Source of the DNA: Verrucomicrobiia bacterium
Lineage (GTDB): Bacteria > Acidobacteriota > Terriglobia > Acidiferrales > UBA7541
DNA length: 64,000 bases
Direction of reading: 5' to 3'
NCBI GenBank assembly: GCA_035506955.1
Contig: DATJOO010000094.1
Coordinates: forward strand, 3,089-67,088
Shown here: one piece after another, positions 1 to 9,436 of the stretch
Layout of the letters: each line of letters begins with the position of its first letter
How positions within the stretch are numbered: the stretch's first letter is position 1
Translations under genes and position numbers: made by a program
The notes under the pieces: model-generated
What the model was told of the DNA's origin: nothing
The model's database searches: none
Seen by the model: the letters and a program-made list of their open reading frames with translations, nothing else

Positions 1-283
1 GTGAAGCTCTTGGAGACAATCTCCTTAGTCGCGGGGGCAGGGGCGGCCTGGGATTGGGCGGCGAGTTGAGTTGGGGAACCCAACAATACGGCCGAAAATA
101 TAATCGCGAGGAAAAGGCAAAAGGTCTGGATGCATCTCATCAGGACGGTCCTTGCTGGGCGGACTCCTAATTCCTAACAAAATGGCGGAGGGCTGGCAAG
201 CCCAGCCGGGCGAGCTTAAAGCCATTGCGGAAGACTTGGGACAGGACAACGCATTGGCTTGCCCAAGGGCCTGCGGGCTTTCC

Positions 284-312
284 TTGACGGATGGAAAATG
301 CGCTTGTACAGT
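284..312 (+). promoter_or_regulatory. sigma70-type promoter (-35 TTGACG, 17 bp spacer, -10 TACAGT)
   Basis: TTGACG at 284-289 and TACAGT at 307-312 with an exact 17 nt spacer; the predicted start site near 319-320 coincides with the start of a self-complementary segment. Confidence 0.65.
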
Positions 313-319
313 GACTTAA

Positions 320-424
320 GGACGCGGCAGCGTGATTCCTGAATGTCCGTATCGACTGATACCGCCATCCAAGCCTCATGAACCTGCCCAAGGCGTGCGA
401 GCACTACCAGGGAGCGGCCGCGCC
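320..424 (+). ncRNA. candidate structured RNA (ncRNA or 5' leader), family unassigned
   Basis: 5' GGACGCGGCAGC pairs with 3' GCGGCCGCGCC; TTCCTG (336-341) pairs with CAGGGA (408-413); internal hairpin GTATC-GACT-GATAC; lies directly downstream of the promoter. Confidence 0.35.
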
Positions 425-436
425 TATAACTGACAG

Positions 437-2026
437 ATGCCAAGAAAAATTAGCGCGAAGTTTTGTGTAGTTGGAATGCTGGCGGGGTTTTTTGCAGGCA
501 CCTGCCTGGCACAGGCCCCCGTGGCGCCGCCGCGACGGCCTACAGTCGCTCCGGCAAGCGCGACCACCATCGACACCAGCGAGGCCATGTTCACGACGAT
601 GTGCGCGCTCTACGCCGCCGGGTACGAAGGCAACGTCAGCACGGATAACTGGAGCGCTTATCGAACGCAGATGCGCGAACGGCTGACCGCGCAGCAGGGG
701 CCAGCGGTCGATGCGCTGAAAGAATTCTACAAAAATCACCAGTTCCGTGATCCCGCGGCGATGCTATCCCGGTTCGTCTGGTTTGGCTTGGTGTCCGGAT
801 CGGCCCCAAACTTCAAACCAATCTTGCGGCGCGACGAACTTCCCCCAGATGTTTTAGATTTGGAAGGTTTCAGCGAAATCCTGTCGAAGTATTACACCGA
901 GCAGAATATCGGGAAGTTATTCCGCCAAGTACAGCCGCTGTATAACCAGGAAATCGACCGGATCCACGACCCGATCTCTGACATTATTTTCAAGTCGGGA
1001 ATCTACCTTCGCACCGTCGTGAGCCCGGCGCAATCCCGGACTTTTAGCGTGATTGTGGAGCCGCTGGTCGGGCGCATCACCAACGTGCGAAGTTTCGTAG
1101 ACCATTACGCGATTATCTTGGGCGGCAGCGAAGAAATTCCCACAGACCTGGTGCAGCACGCGTATCTGCACTTCCTCCTGGATGGTGTGCCGCTGCTGTA
1201 CCCGCATGTCATTTCGGTGAAGCGGCCGCTCTATGAAATTGCCGCGAAGGCTCCGCGCCTGGAGCCGGACTTGAAGGACGATTTTCCGGCGTGGTTTGAA
1301 GAGTGCACGGTGCGCGCCGTGGAGATCAAGCTGAAGAAGATGTCCCCAAGCGCGCTCGAAGCGGCGCTACAGCGCAACGATGAGGATGGCTACGTTCTGG
1401 TGCGCCCGATTTATCTGGCTTTGGGCGGCTATGAAAAAGGAGACTCTTCATTCCGTGACTATTTTCCGGATCTGATTCGGGGAATCGATGTGACCGCAGA
1501 GCAAACCCGCGTCGCCGCGATTCATTTTGCGAAGGCGCAGGATACAACGGAATCAGCGGCGCTGGGCGGAGAAGACCTAGCACGGAAGCGCGCCAGGCTC
1601 AGTAGCACCCTGCCGAATGACCCGGAAGCGATCGCCGCTCTCAGCGAGGGAGAAAAGCAGTTGGCACAGAAGAACCCGCGCGCGGCGGAGGCTGCGTTCA
1701 AGAGCGTGCTGGCAAAGTATCCGAATCAACCGCGCGCCTGGTATGGCCTGGGCATGGTAGCGGTGTTGGATCATGATGCGGACAGGGCCAAGGAAGTGTT
1801 TGGGCGGTTGACGACCGGGCAAAACGCGGCGGTGCAGGATCCGCTGGTGCTATCGTGGTCGCACATTTATCTCGCACGGATTTTTGAAGATGAAGGGCAG
1901 TTGGACCAGGCGAAGTCGCAATATCAAGCGGTGCTGACAGTTCAGGGAGCCCCTGCGCAGGCGCAACAGGCTGCGCAAAAGGGTCTGGGCGAACTGGATC
2001 TGCGAAAACCGTCGGAACGGCCATGA
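437..2026 (+). CDS. exported protein with a zincin-like N-terminal region (degenerate HxxxH) and C-terminal TPR repeats
   Basis: 529 aa ORF with signal peptide (AGTCLA-QA); TPR-like helices at the C-terminus (AEAAFKSVLAKYPNQPRAWYGLG); QHAYLH...EECTVRA motif. Confidence 0.8.
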   Translation: MPRKISAKFCVVGMLAGFFAGTCLAQAPVAPPRRPTVAPASATTIDTSEAMFTTMCALYAAGYEGNVSTDNWSAYRTQMRERLTAQQGPAVDALKEFYKNHQFRDPAAMLSRFVWFGLVSGSAPNFKPILRRDELPPDVLDLEGFSEILSKYYTEQNIGKLFRQVQPLYNQEIDRIHDPISDIIFKSGIYLRTVVSPAQSRTFSVIVEPLVGRITNVRSFVDHYAIILGGSEEIPTDLVQHAYLHFLLDGVPLLYPHVISVKRPLYEIAAKAPRLEPDLKDDFPAWFEECTVRAVEIKLKKMSPSALEAALQRNDEDGYVLVRPIYLALGGYEKGDSSFRDYFPDLIRGIDVTAEQTRVAAIHFAKAQDTTESAALGGEDLARKRARLSSTLPNDPEAIAALSEGEKQLAQKNPRAAEAAFKSVLAKYPNQPRAWYGLGMVAVLDHDADRAKEVFGRLTTGQNAAVQDPLVLSWSHIYLARIFEDEGQLDQAKSQYQAVLTVQGAPAQAQQAAQKGLGELDLRKPSERP

Positions 2027-2051
2027 ACAACGGCGAAAAGGAGAAAGCGTG

Positions 2052-2939
2052 ATGAAAGTAAGCACCAGTGTGGGCATGACTTTGTTTCTGGCGGGATTTC
2101 TCGCGGGCGGATCCGTGATGCTTGCGCAGACGCCTTCGCAGCAGCCGCCTGCGCAGCAACCATCGCAAGCTCCGGCTCAAGCCCCCAGCCAGGGCGGTCA
2201 AAGTGGCAACCAACAATCCGCACCTCTTTCTCTGGAGGGAGCACCGCCGCCTGTAAGCGCCGAAGAAGACGCGGCCTTCAAGGCTTTCAATGATGCCCCC
2301 AACGACGATCCGGCAAAGAAGGATCAGTCGGCCAACGATTTTCTGCAGAAGTACCCGCAAAGCCGCTACCGCGGGGACGTTTACAGCTGGCAAGTGAAGT
2401 ATTACTTCAGTGTTGGAAAGATCGATGAAATGGAAGTAGCCGCTGACAAGGAGTTGGCGCTGTTTCCAAATGACGCGCAAACCCTGGCGATCGTCGCGTC
2501 TGCCCTGCCGCGCAAAATGAATGCCAGCACGCCGGATCCGGAGAAGCGCCTGGCGAAGGCGGAACAGGCGGGGCAGAAGGCGTTGGATTTGCTGCCGACC
2601 TTTCCGAAACCCGCGAATATGAGCGACGAGATGTTCGCGAAGGCCAAGGATCAGACGGCAGCTATGGCTTACAGCGGCTTGGGATTGGTAGCGTTTCGCC
2701 GCGGAAAGTTTGCGGACGCTATCGCTCCGCTGCAAAAAGCGGTCCAAATTGACCCGCAACCAGATCCCGTCAACTTCTACTTGCTTGGCATTTGCAATGA
2801 GAAGGCCTCGCACTTCGATGACGCGGTCGCGGCGTTCACCAAGTGCTCGGAGCTGCCCGGCAGTCTGCAAGCTACGTGCAAGTCAAAGATCGACGAGGCC
2901 AAAAAGCTTGGCGCGACGCAGTTGAGCGCGCCGAAATAA
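2052..2939 (+). CDS. exported tetratricopeptide repeat protein
   Basis: signal peptide, Q/P-rich linker, TPR motifs (AYSGLGLVAFRRGKFADAIAPLQKAVQIDP); AAGGAG RBS upstream. Confidence 0.85.
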   Translation: MKVSTSVGMTLFLAGFLAGGSVMLAQTPSQQPPAQQPSQAPAQAPSQGGQSGNQQSAPLSLEGAPPPVSAEEDAAFKAFNDAPNDDPAKKDQSANDFLQKYPQSRYRGDVYSWQVKYYFSVGKIDEMEVAADKELALFPNDAQTLAIVASALPRKMNASTPDPEKRLAKAEQAGQKALDLLPTFPKPANMSDEMFAKAKDQTAAMAYSGLGLVAFRRGKFADAIAPLQKAVQIDPQPDPVNFYLLGICNEKASHFDDAVAAFTKCSELPGSLQATCKSKIDEAKKLGATQLSAPK

Positions 2940-2977
2940 ACGCCAGCCGTGCCGCGGCACGGCGGGGGGCGAAGATC

Positions 2978-3745
2978 ATGGTCCGCGGTGAAGATGAACG
3001 ATTGATGGAACGGCTGGGTTATGAGTTCCGTGACCCGAATATGCTGGATCGCGCTTTGACGCACAGTTCGGCGGTTCCGGAATTGCGCGCCGCTCGCGGG
3101 GAAGATATTGCGTTCACCGGTTCAGTCGTGCAGGACAACGAGCGGCTGGAGTTTCTGGGTGATGCGGTCCTGGAATTGCTCACCAGCGAATTCCTGCTGA
3201 CGCAGTTTCCGGAATGGAGCGAAGGCCAGCTTTCCAAGAGCCGCGCACGCATTGTGAACGCCCATTCCCTGGAAGCCGCTGCACGATCCTTGGGAATAGG
3301 CGACCACTTACGGCTGGGGCGAGGCGAAGAAAAAACAGGCGGGCGCGAAAAGCCCGCGCTCCTTGCCGATGCGTTCGAAGCCATCATCGCGGCGATTTAC
3401 CTGGACGGAGGATTGATTCCAGCCCGGGAATTGTTGAAGCGCACCGTGCTGCAACTGGCCAGCGAGGATGGCGAGCGCATCTCCGAGTCTGACCGGAAGA
3501 GCGCTTTGCAGGAATTTTTGCAGGGCCGCGGCGGGCAACTGGCCGAATACCGTTTGGCGGGAGAAAGCGGCCCCGATCACCAGAAAACTTTCCTGGTGGA
3601 AGTATGGGTAAAAGGGGAGTGCATGTCGAGCGCGGAAGGCACCACGAAGAAAGAAGCGGAGCAAAAGGCCGCTAGGATGGCGCTCGACAAACTCCGCCGG
3701 GCGGAAATGAAGGCAAAGGAAGAGGTCGGCCCGAATGCCGGATGA
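2978..3745 (+). CDS. rnc: ribonuclease III
   Basis: RNase III signature NERLEFLGDAVL, LADAFEAIIAAIYLDGG, C-terminal dsRBD (KSALQE...KKEAEQKAA); start placed at ATG 2978. Confidence 0.97.
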   Translation: MVRGEDERLMERLGYEFRDPNMLDRALTHSSAVPELRAARGEDIAFTGSVVQDNERLEFLGDAVLELLTSEFLLTQFPEWSEGQLSKSRARIVNAHSLEAAARSLGIGDHLRLGRGEEKTGGREKPALLADAFEAIIAAIYLDGGLIPARELLKRTVLQLASEDGERISESDRKSALQEFLQGRGGQLAEYRLAGESGPDHQKTFLVEVWVKGECMSSAEGTTKKEAEQKAARMALDKLRRAEMKAKEEVGPNAG

Positions 3746-4586
3746 GACCCTGACGCCGGAATCGGACGGAATTGTGGCGGAGACCCCGCCAAGCCACAGC
3801 ATCTCCCCGCCGTCACAATCCGCAGAGGAAAGTTACAGTCACGCGAATCAGACCACCGTATCCGAGTATCTGGAATCGCTTCTGGTCACCGTCATTCTCG
3901 CGCTATTTGGCACCAGTTTCGTGGTCCAGGCGTTCAAGATTCCTTCGCAATCGATGGAACGCACGTTACTCGTCGGCGACCACTTGCTCGTGAATAAATT
4001 TATTTTTGGCGGTCGCGGCGCGTGGTACGACAAACTGCTGCCTTACCGCGAACTGCAGCGCGGCGACATTATCGTCTTCAAGTTTCCCTACCAGGATCAT
4101 CCGCATTTTGTGAAACGCGTGATCGGCTTGCCGGGGGACCATATCAAAATTGTGGACCAGCAGGTTTATGTCAACGGAAAGCCGCTGAACGAACCGTATG
4201 CTGTGCACGATCCCGCCTCCGGCTATGGTGACCCGCTGAATTACAATTTTCCGCCGGTAGGGAATCAGATGTACTTGTCGTCGCTGCAGCCCGAATGGGC
4301 CCGCGAAATTCATTCGCATATTCAGGGCGACGAACTTGTCGTGCCGCCAGGCAAGTATTTTGCCATGGGCGACAATCGCGACCACAGTCTGGATAGCCGT
4401 TATTGGGGTTTTGTGGATCGCGATGCCATCATGGGGCGGCCCTTTCTGATCTACTGGTCCATTAATGCCAGCAGTGCCGATTACGGCAACACCACTTTTG
4501 CGCAGCGCGTGCTCGGCATTTTTGATACGCTCGTCCATCTTCCGGAGCGCACCCGTTGGAACCGGATGCTGCACACTGTTCACTAG
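3735..4586 (+). CDS. lepB: signal peptidase I
   Basis: IPSQSMERTL (catalytic Ser), FVKRVIGLPGD (catalytic Lys), MGDNRDHSLDSRYWGFV; N-terminal TM helix. Confidence 0.96.
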   Translation: MPDETLTPESDGIVAETPPSHSISPPSQSAEESYSHANQTTVSEYLESLLVTVILALFGTSFVVQAFKIPSQSMERTLLVGDHLLVNKFIFGGRGAWYDKLLPYRELQRGDIIVFKFPYQDHPHFVKRVIGLPGDHIKIVDQQVYVNGKPLNEPYAVHDPASGYGDPLNYNFPPVGNQMYLSSLQPEWAREIHSHIQGDELVVPPGKYFAMGDNRDHSLDSRYWGFVDRDAIMGRPFLIYWSINASSADYGNTTFAQRVLGIFDTLVHLPERTRWNRMLHTVH

Positions 4587-4647
4587 GCCTACCGCTGTTC
4601 TTGCTGCGGTACAATTTTGTCTTCGAGTTTGAGAGACTCCCATCGGC

Positions 4648-7284
4648 ATGATTCGTCTACGTAAATATGGCGGATTCCTGGTCGCGATTTTGCTGCTGAC
4701 TTTGCTGGCGCAAGCCGGCGTGTCGCTTCTGGTCCGCACGCATCGCATGCGGGGATATCTGATCGCCCATCTGGAGAGCGCTTTCGGCCGCCCGGTGCAA
4801 GCCGGGCAATTTGCCGTACAAATCCTGCCTATACCGGAATTGGAATTGGAGGCCGTGACCATTGGCGAGGATCCGTCGTTTGGCAACGAATATTTTTTGC
4901 GGGCAGACGCAATGACCGCACGCTTCCGGTGGTTCGGGCTTCTCCGGGGCCGCCTGGAGTTTGGGACCATGTCCTTCAGTCATCCGAGTCTGATCCTCGT
5001 AAGGAATGCCGCCGGCCGCTGGAACCTGGAAGGTTGGCTGCCTCCCGCGAAACCAGCAGTGGCGCGGACGGGTACCCCGCCGCCTCAATCGCGCGCGGAA
5101 TCCACCTACCACTTGCAAAACATCGATTTCGACGAGGGGCGAATCAATTTTAAGGTGGGCAACGACAAGCGTCCTTTCGCCTTTACGGATGTTTCGGGAA
5201 GTGTGGAGCAGGTTTCGCCTGGGCGGTGGCAAGTTCAGTTGGAAGCGCAGCCCTGGCGCACCGGTGTTCCATTGCAATCGACCGGGACCGTTTATGTGAA
5301 AGGCTACGTCGCGGGTACCTCCGCACGCCTGCAACCGGCACAGATCCAGGTGCATTGGGAGAAAGTGTCCATCGCGGATGTATTTCGTTTGATCACCGGC
5401 AATGATTCCGGTGTGCGCGGTCAGCTCGCCGTAGATGGAAACGCCAGTATCGGCATGGACGAAACGGCGCCGGACGCGGTCGCGGGTGCGTGGCGTTTCA
5501 GGCTGCAGGCTCGCGCTACAAATATCCACCGCTGGGATTTGACCGAGCGCGACGACAATCCTCGGGTGAACGTGAACCTCAAGGGCGTATGGGAGCTGGC
5601 CTCCGATGAGGCGCGCGCGGAAGAAGTTCGCGTGGACTTGCCGAAATCGAATTTAGCAGGCACTGGTGCATTGCGCACTTCCGGCTCCGGCGATTGGAAC
5701 GTGAATTTCGAAAATGTAGCCGTGCAAGGCGAAGACTTGCTGGCGTGGTATCGCGCATTCGAGCCGGATATTTCCGAGGAAGTGGCGCTTACCGAACAGA
5801 TCGGCGGATCCCTGGCGGCAAGCGGTTGGCCCCTGCGCTGGGAAACGGGCACGCTGGAGGGAAGTGCGGGCTCGCTGCGTTTACCCGGACAAGTCGTTGC
5901 GCGACTCGAGCCTTTCCACGGATCGATTCGGAATGGAAAGATTGAGCTCGAGCATTTTCGTCTGAACCTGCCCTCGGACGCCCCCGCGGAAAACGCCAAG
6001 GAAAAAGCGAGTAAGACCGCGACGAAACCGCACGCTCCGGTTGTTGCGGATAATTTCATCGACGCCGCGCTCTTGCACGATTCTGCCACCCATCAGGGTA
6101 ATTTGCGGTTAAACCTCCACCTGACACAAGTCACTCCCGTGTTCAAGCTGACCGCTGCTTTCGGGCGTCCTTTGAACAAGGGCTGGGAATATAGTGGCGT
6201 GGCCTCCGGCTTGGTGACGTGGAATTGGGGAGCCGGTTTGAATGATGTGCGGCGCAATGGCTCGCTGGAACTTACCAAAGCACGGTTGCAGGTGGCCGGC
6301 TTGAATGAGCCGCTAATGCTCGACGATGCTCGGTTGGAATGGAAAGATGGAGCGCGCAACGCTACGCTGAGCAAGGTCGACGCGTTTGGTGCGTTGTGGA
6401 CCGGGACCATTTCCCAGGCTAAACGGGACGACAGCGACAATAATTGGAAGTTCCAGCTACACGCGGATCATCTGGACGCCACGGAACTGGACCACTGGAT
6501 CGGTCCCCGTTCGCGCCCGAATTGGCTGCAGCGATTGCTGCCATCGTTGTTGGGTGACACAAATCCCGCGCGGGCTAGCGAATTGTTGCGGCGTATTTCC
6601 GCCGAGGGCGAACTGACCACCGATACACTGACCATCGAGAAGATCAAGCTGGCCAAGGCTCATGCGACTGTCGGACTTCACTCGCTGCGTTTGGATGTGC
6701 GCGACGCCGAAGCACAGTGGGCCGGAGGCACGATTCGCGGCGGGATGCAGCTCGCCTTTTCGCCACATCCCGTATACGAATTGCACGGCGATTTCGCCAA
6801 TATCAACATGGCTCAATTACCCTGGTCTCCTCGATGGAGCGAACGCTGGAGCGGCTTGGCCAATGGCACGATTCATTTGACCACGAACGGCGTCGGCCGG
6901 GCGGAATTACTGAAGCAGTTGGCGGGCGGCGGCGAAGTGAAGGTCAGCAAGGTGGAATTTCGCGGCTGGGACATCGAACTCAGCACGCAGTCCGGCGGAC
7001 CGTCGGCCGGTGCCTCCCGCTGGACCACCGGCGAAGGCGAATTCCAGTTGGTCGACCAGCAAGTGCGCCTCGACGACTTTCGCCTGGATGCCCCCCATCA
7101 GCGCACGCAACTGGCCGGCACAATCTCTTTTGGCATGGACGGCAACCTCACGTTTACGCCGAAGCCGCGCCCGCCCGTCGGCACACGCACCGTTTCCGAG
7201 GCACGCGAATTGCGTGTGACCGGCCAACTGGAGAATCCAGCGGTGAATGTGGCTCCCGCAAGTTCGGAACAAGCTCGACCTTGA
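4648..7284 (+). CDS. AsmA-family membrane-anchored protein
   Basis: 878 aa with a single N-terminal TM helix followed by a beta-rich AsmA-like pattern (LESAFGRPVQAG..., LVRNAAGRWNLE) and an AsmA-like C-terminal region. Confidence 0.75.
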   Translation: MIRLRKYGGFLVAILLLTLLAQAGVSLLVRTHRMRGYLIAHLESAFGRPVQAGQFAVQILPIPELELEAVTIGEDPSFGNEYFLRADAMTARFRWFGLLRGRLEFGTMSFSHPSLILVRNAAGRWNLEGWLPPAKPAVARTGTPPPQSRAESTYHLQNIDFDEGRINFKVGNDKRPFAFTDVSGSVEQVSPGRWQVQLEAQPWRTGVPLQSTGTVYVKGYVAGTSARLQPAQIQVHWEKVSIADVFRLITGNDSGVRGQLAVDGNASIGMDETAPDAVAGAWRFRLQARATNIHRWDLTERDDNPRVNVNLKGVWELASDEARAEEVRVDLPKSNLAGTGALRTSGSGDWNVNFENVAVQGEDLLAWYRAFEPDISEEVALTEQIGGSLAASGWPLRWETGTLEGSAGSLRLPGQVVARLEPFHGSIRNGKIELEHFRLNLPSDAPAENAKEKASKTATKPHAPVVADNFIDAALLHDSATHQGNLRLNLHLTQVTPVFKLTAAFGRPLNKGWEYSGVASGLVTWNWGAGLNDVRRNGSLELTKARLQVAGLNEPLMLDDARLEWKDGARNATLSKVDAFGALWTGTISQAKRDDSDNNWKFQLHADHLDATELDHWIGPRSRPNWLQRLLPSLLGDTNPARASELLRRISAEGELTTDTLTIEKIKLAKAHATVGLHSLRLDVRDAEAQWAGGTIRGGMQLAFSPHPVYELHGDFANINMAQLPWSPRWSERWSGLANGTIHLTTNGVGRAELLKQLAGGGEVKVSKVEFRGWDIELSTQSGGPSAGASRWTTGEGEFQLVDQQVRLDDFRLDAPHQRTQLAGTISFGMDGNLTFTPKPRPPVGTRTVSEARELRVTGQLENPAVNVAPASSEQARP

Positions 7285-7321
7285 ACACTAGATCCTGAAC
7301 GTGAACGCCCCTTGGAGGCCT

Positions 7322-9436
7322 ATGATTCGTCTGCGTTTTGTTGCTCTACTTTTAGCGGGATCGACTCTCCTGATCGGTTCGAACCCGAACGCACAGGAGT
7401 CGTTCACGCTGGAACAGGTCTTGCGGGTTCCGTTCAATGCCGACTTGGTGGCCGCGAAAAACGTCAATCGTGTTGCTTGGACGTCTAACCAACAGGGGAA
7501 GCGCAATATCTGGGTTGCGGAAGGGCCGAACTTCACCGCCCGCCAGCTCACCCCTTATCAGCAGGACGACGGAGGGGAATTGTCGGATCTGCGATTCTCT
7601 GCCGATGGCAGCATCATTGTTTACGTGCGCGGCGAAGGCAAAGATTCCGCCGGCGATTATGCGAATCCGATCAGCAATCCCGCAGGCGAGGCACAGACGG
7701 TGTGGGCGATCTCCTGGAACGGCGGAGCGCCCGTGAAGATTGACGCAGGAACTTCGCCGGAGATTTCCCCGCAAGGGCGCGTGGCGTATGCGCGCAGTGG
7801 CGAATTGTGGATGTCTTCTCTGAAAGCCGACGAAAAACCAAAGCAGATTGTGGTGCGTGGCAAGAATCATCCAATCGAGTGGTCGCCCGATGGAACACGG
7901 CTGTTATTCGTGACGGATCGCGGCGATCACTGTTTCATCGGAATTTTTGACGCAAACGCGCAAACCGTGGATTTTTTGGCGCCTTCCGTGGATACGGACA
8001 AGGACCCCGCGTGGTCCCCAGATGGCAAGCATGTGGCCTTTGTGCGTCAGCCGGCCGTGCCTCGAGACACTCCCGATGGGTATTTCATTGAGCCTGACCG
8101 GCCGCATCCTTGGGCAATCTGGGTGGCAGACGTGGATAGCAAGGCGGCGCGTGAGATTTGGCACAGCGGAAGCGCCCTGCAGGATTCCTTTCCTTACATG
8201 GCCGAAGACACCGGCGGCGGAGTCGCGCGCTGGGAGGCAGACAATCGCATCGTATTCGCGAGCGAAGCCGACGGCTGGCAGCATCTGTATTCCGTTTCTG
8301 CCGAGGGCGGCCTGGCGAAGTTGCTGACTCCGGGGAATTGCGAAGTGGAGGAGTGGTCGTTTTCACCAGAGCGGAACACCGTTTTCTTTAATTCCAACTG
8401 TGGCGACATCGACCGGCGCCATGTGTGGAGCGTGGGCGTCGATGGAAGCGGTTTGCGGCAATGGACCGGAGGCAAGGGCGAGACGGGAATCGAGTGGGAA
8501 CCCGTGGCGCTGAGCGGCAACCGCGATTTGTTCTACATCGCTTCGGATCCCACACATCCTGGGCGCGTTTTTCACGTCACACTGAGCGAGAATCGCGCGG
8601 CCTCAGAAATTTCCTCAACGGCCTGGGCGAGCCAGTTTCCCGCGGACAAACTGGTTGCCCCGCAACAGGTGATTTTTCATTCCGTGGATGGCTACGAGAT
8701 TCATGGCCAATTGTTTCTGCCAAAGGATCTGAAACCCGGCGATAAGCGGGCCGCCGTGGTCTTTATGCATGGCGGGCCGATGCGCCAGATGCTGCTGGGC
8801 TGGCATTACATGTATTACTACGCAAACGCCTACGCGATGAATCAGTATCTGGCCAATCGCGGCTACATCGTGCTGTCCATCAATTATCGAAGCGGCATTG
8901 GTTACGGCCGCGCGTTTCGCGAAGCGCCCGGCCGCGCGGGACGCGGGGCTTCTGAGTATCAGGATGTCGTGGCGGCGGGGAAATACTTGCAGACTCGCGC
9001 AGATGTCGACGCGCAACGGATCGGCCTATGGGGCGGAAGTTACGGTGGGTTTTTGACCGCACTGGGCTTGGGCCGCAACTCGGATTTGTTTGCCGCGGGT
9101 GTGGACTTCCACGGCGTGCACGATTGGCCGGCCGACAATTGGGAAGGGAAGCACATTCCCCCGGACTTGGTGGAGTTGGCGCGCGATTCTTCCCCAATCT
9201 CCGCGGTGAACACCTGGAAATCACCGGTGCTGTTTATTCATGGCGACGACGACCGCAACGTCATGTTCTCCCAAACCGTGGATTTGGTGGCGCGATTGCG
9301 CGCCAAAGGTGTGTATCTCGAGCAACTCATCTTCCCGGACGAGGTCCACGATTTTCTGCTGTATTCCAGTTGGGATAAGGCTTATACGGCTGGCGCCGAT
9401 TTTTTTCAGCGAAAGCTAGGTCCACCACAAAAGTGA
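7322..9436 (+). CDS. S9 family serine peptidase (dipeptidyl/acylaminoacyl peptidase-like), exported
   Basis: GLWGGSYGG nucleophile elbow, HGDDDRNV (Asp), DEVHDF (His); PD40/beta-propeller N-terminus; signal peptide; GGAGG RBS before ATG 7322. Confidence 0.93.
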   Translation: MIRLRFVALLLAGSTLLIGSNPNAQESFTLEQVLRVPFNADLVAAKNVNRVAWTSNQQGKRNIWVAEGPNFTARQLTPYQQDDGGELSDLRFSADGSIIVYVRGEGKDSAGDYANPISNPAGEAQTVWAISWNGGAPVKIDAGTSPEISPQGRVAYARSGELWMSSLKADEKPKQIVVRGKNHPIEWSPDGTRLLFVTDRGDHCFIGIFDANAQTVDFLAPSVDTDKDPAWSPDGKHVAFVRQPAVPRDTPDGYFIEPDRPHPWAIWVADVDSKAAREIWHSGSALQDSFPYMAEDTGGGVARWEADNRIVFASEADGWQHLYSVSAEGGLAKLLTPGNCEVEEWSFSPERNTVFFNSNCGDIDRRHVWSVGVDGSGLRQWTGGKGETGIEWEPVALSGNRDLFYIASDPTHPGRVFHVTLSENRAASEISSTAWASQFPADKLVAPQQVIFHSVDGYEIHGQLFLPKDLKPGDKRAAVVFMHGGPMRQMLLGWHYMYYYANAYAMNQYLANRGYIVLSINYRSGIGYGRAFREAPGRAGRGASEYQDVVAAGKYLQTRADVDAQRIGLWGGSYGGFLTALGLGRNSDLFAAGVDFHGVHDWPADNWEGKHIPPDLVELARDSSPISAVNTWKSPVLFIHGDDDRNVMFSQTVDLVARLRAKGVYLEQLIFPDEVHDFLLYSSWDKAYTAGADFFQRKLGPPQK

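Noticed and set aside
1-30. AAGGAG SD-like sequence on the minus strand at the left edge
   Set aside because: Only a TTG 1 nt away and no usable ORF inside the window; a gene start cannot be supported
320-424. Assignment of the structured RNA to TPP, ZTP, SAH, SRP or canonical 6S families
   Set aside because: Only fragments match (GAACCTG, AGGGA, GGGAGCG); the diagnostic cores (UGAGA, the SRP GGAA/AGCAG loop, full 6S length) are missing, so it is left unassigned
1698-2870. 390 aa minus-strand ORF, plus similar long antisense ORFs (11895-12998, 19698-21017 5' part, 25244-26665, 29345-30910, 50261-51076, 60427-61251)
   Set aside because: Shadow ORFs opposite or overlapping well-supported genes, caused by GC-rich codon bias; no motifs or RBS
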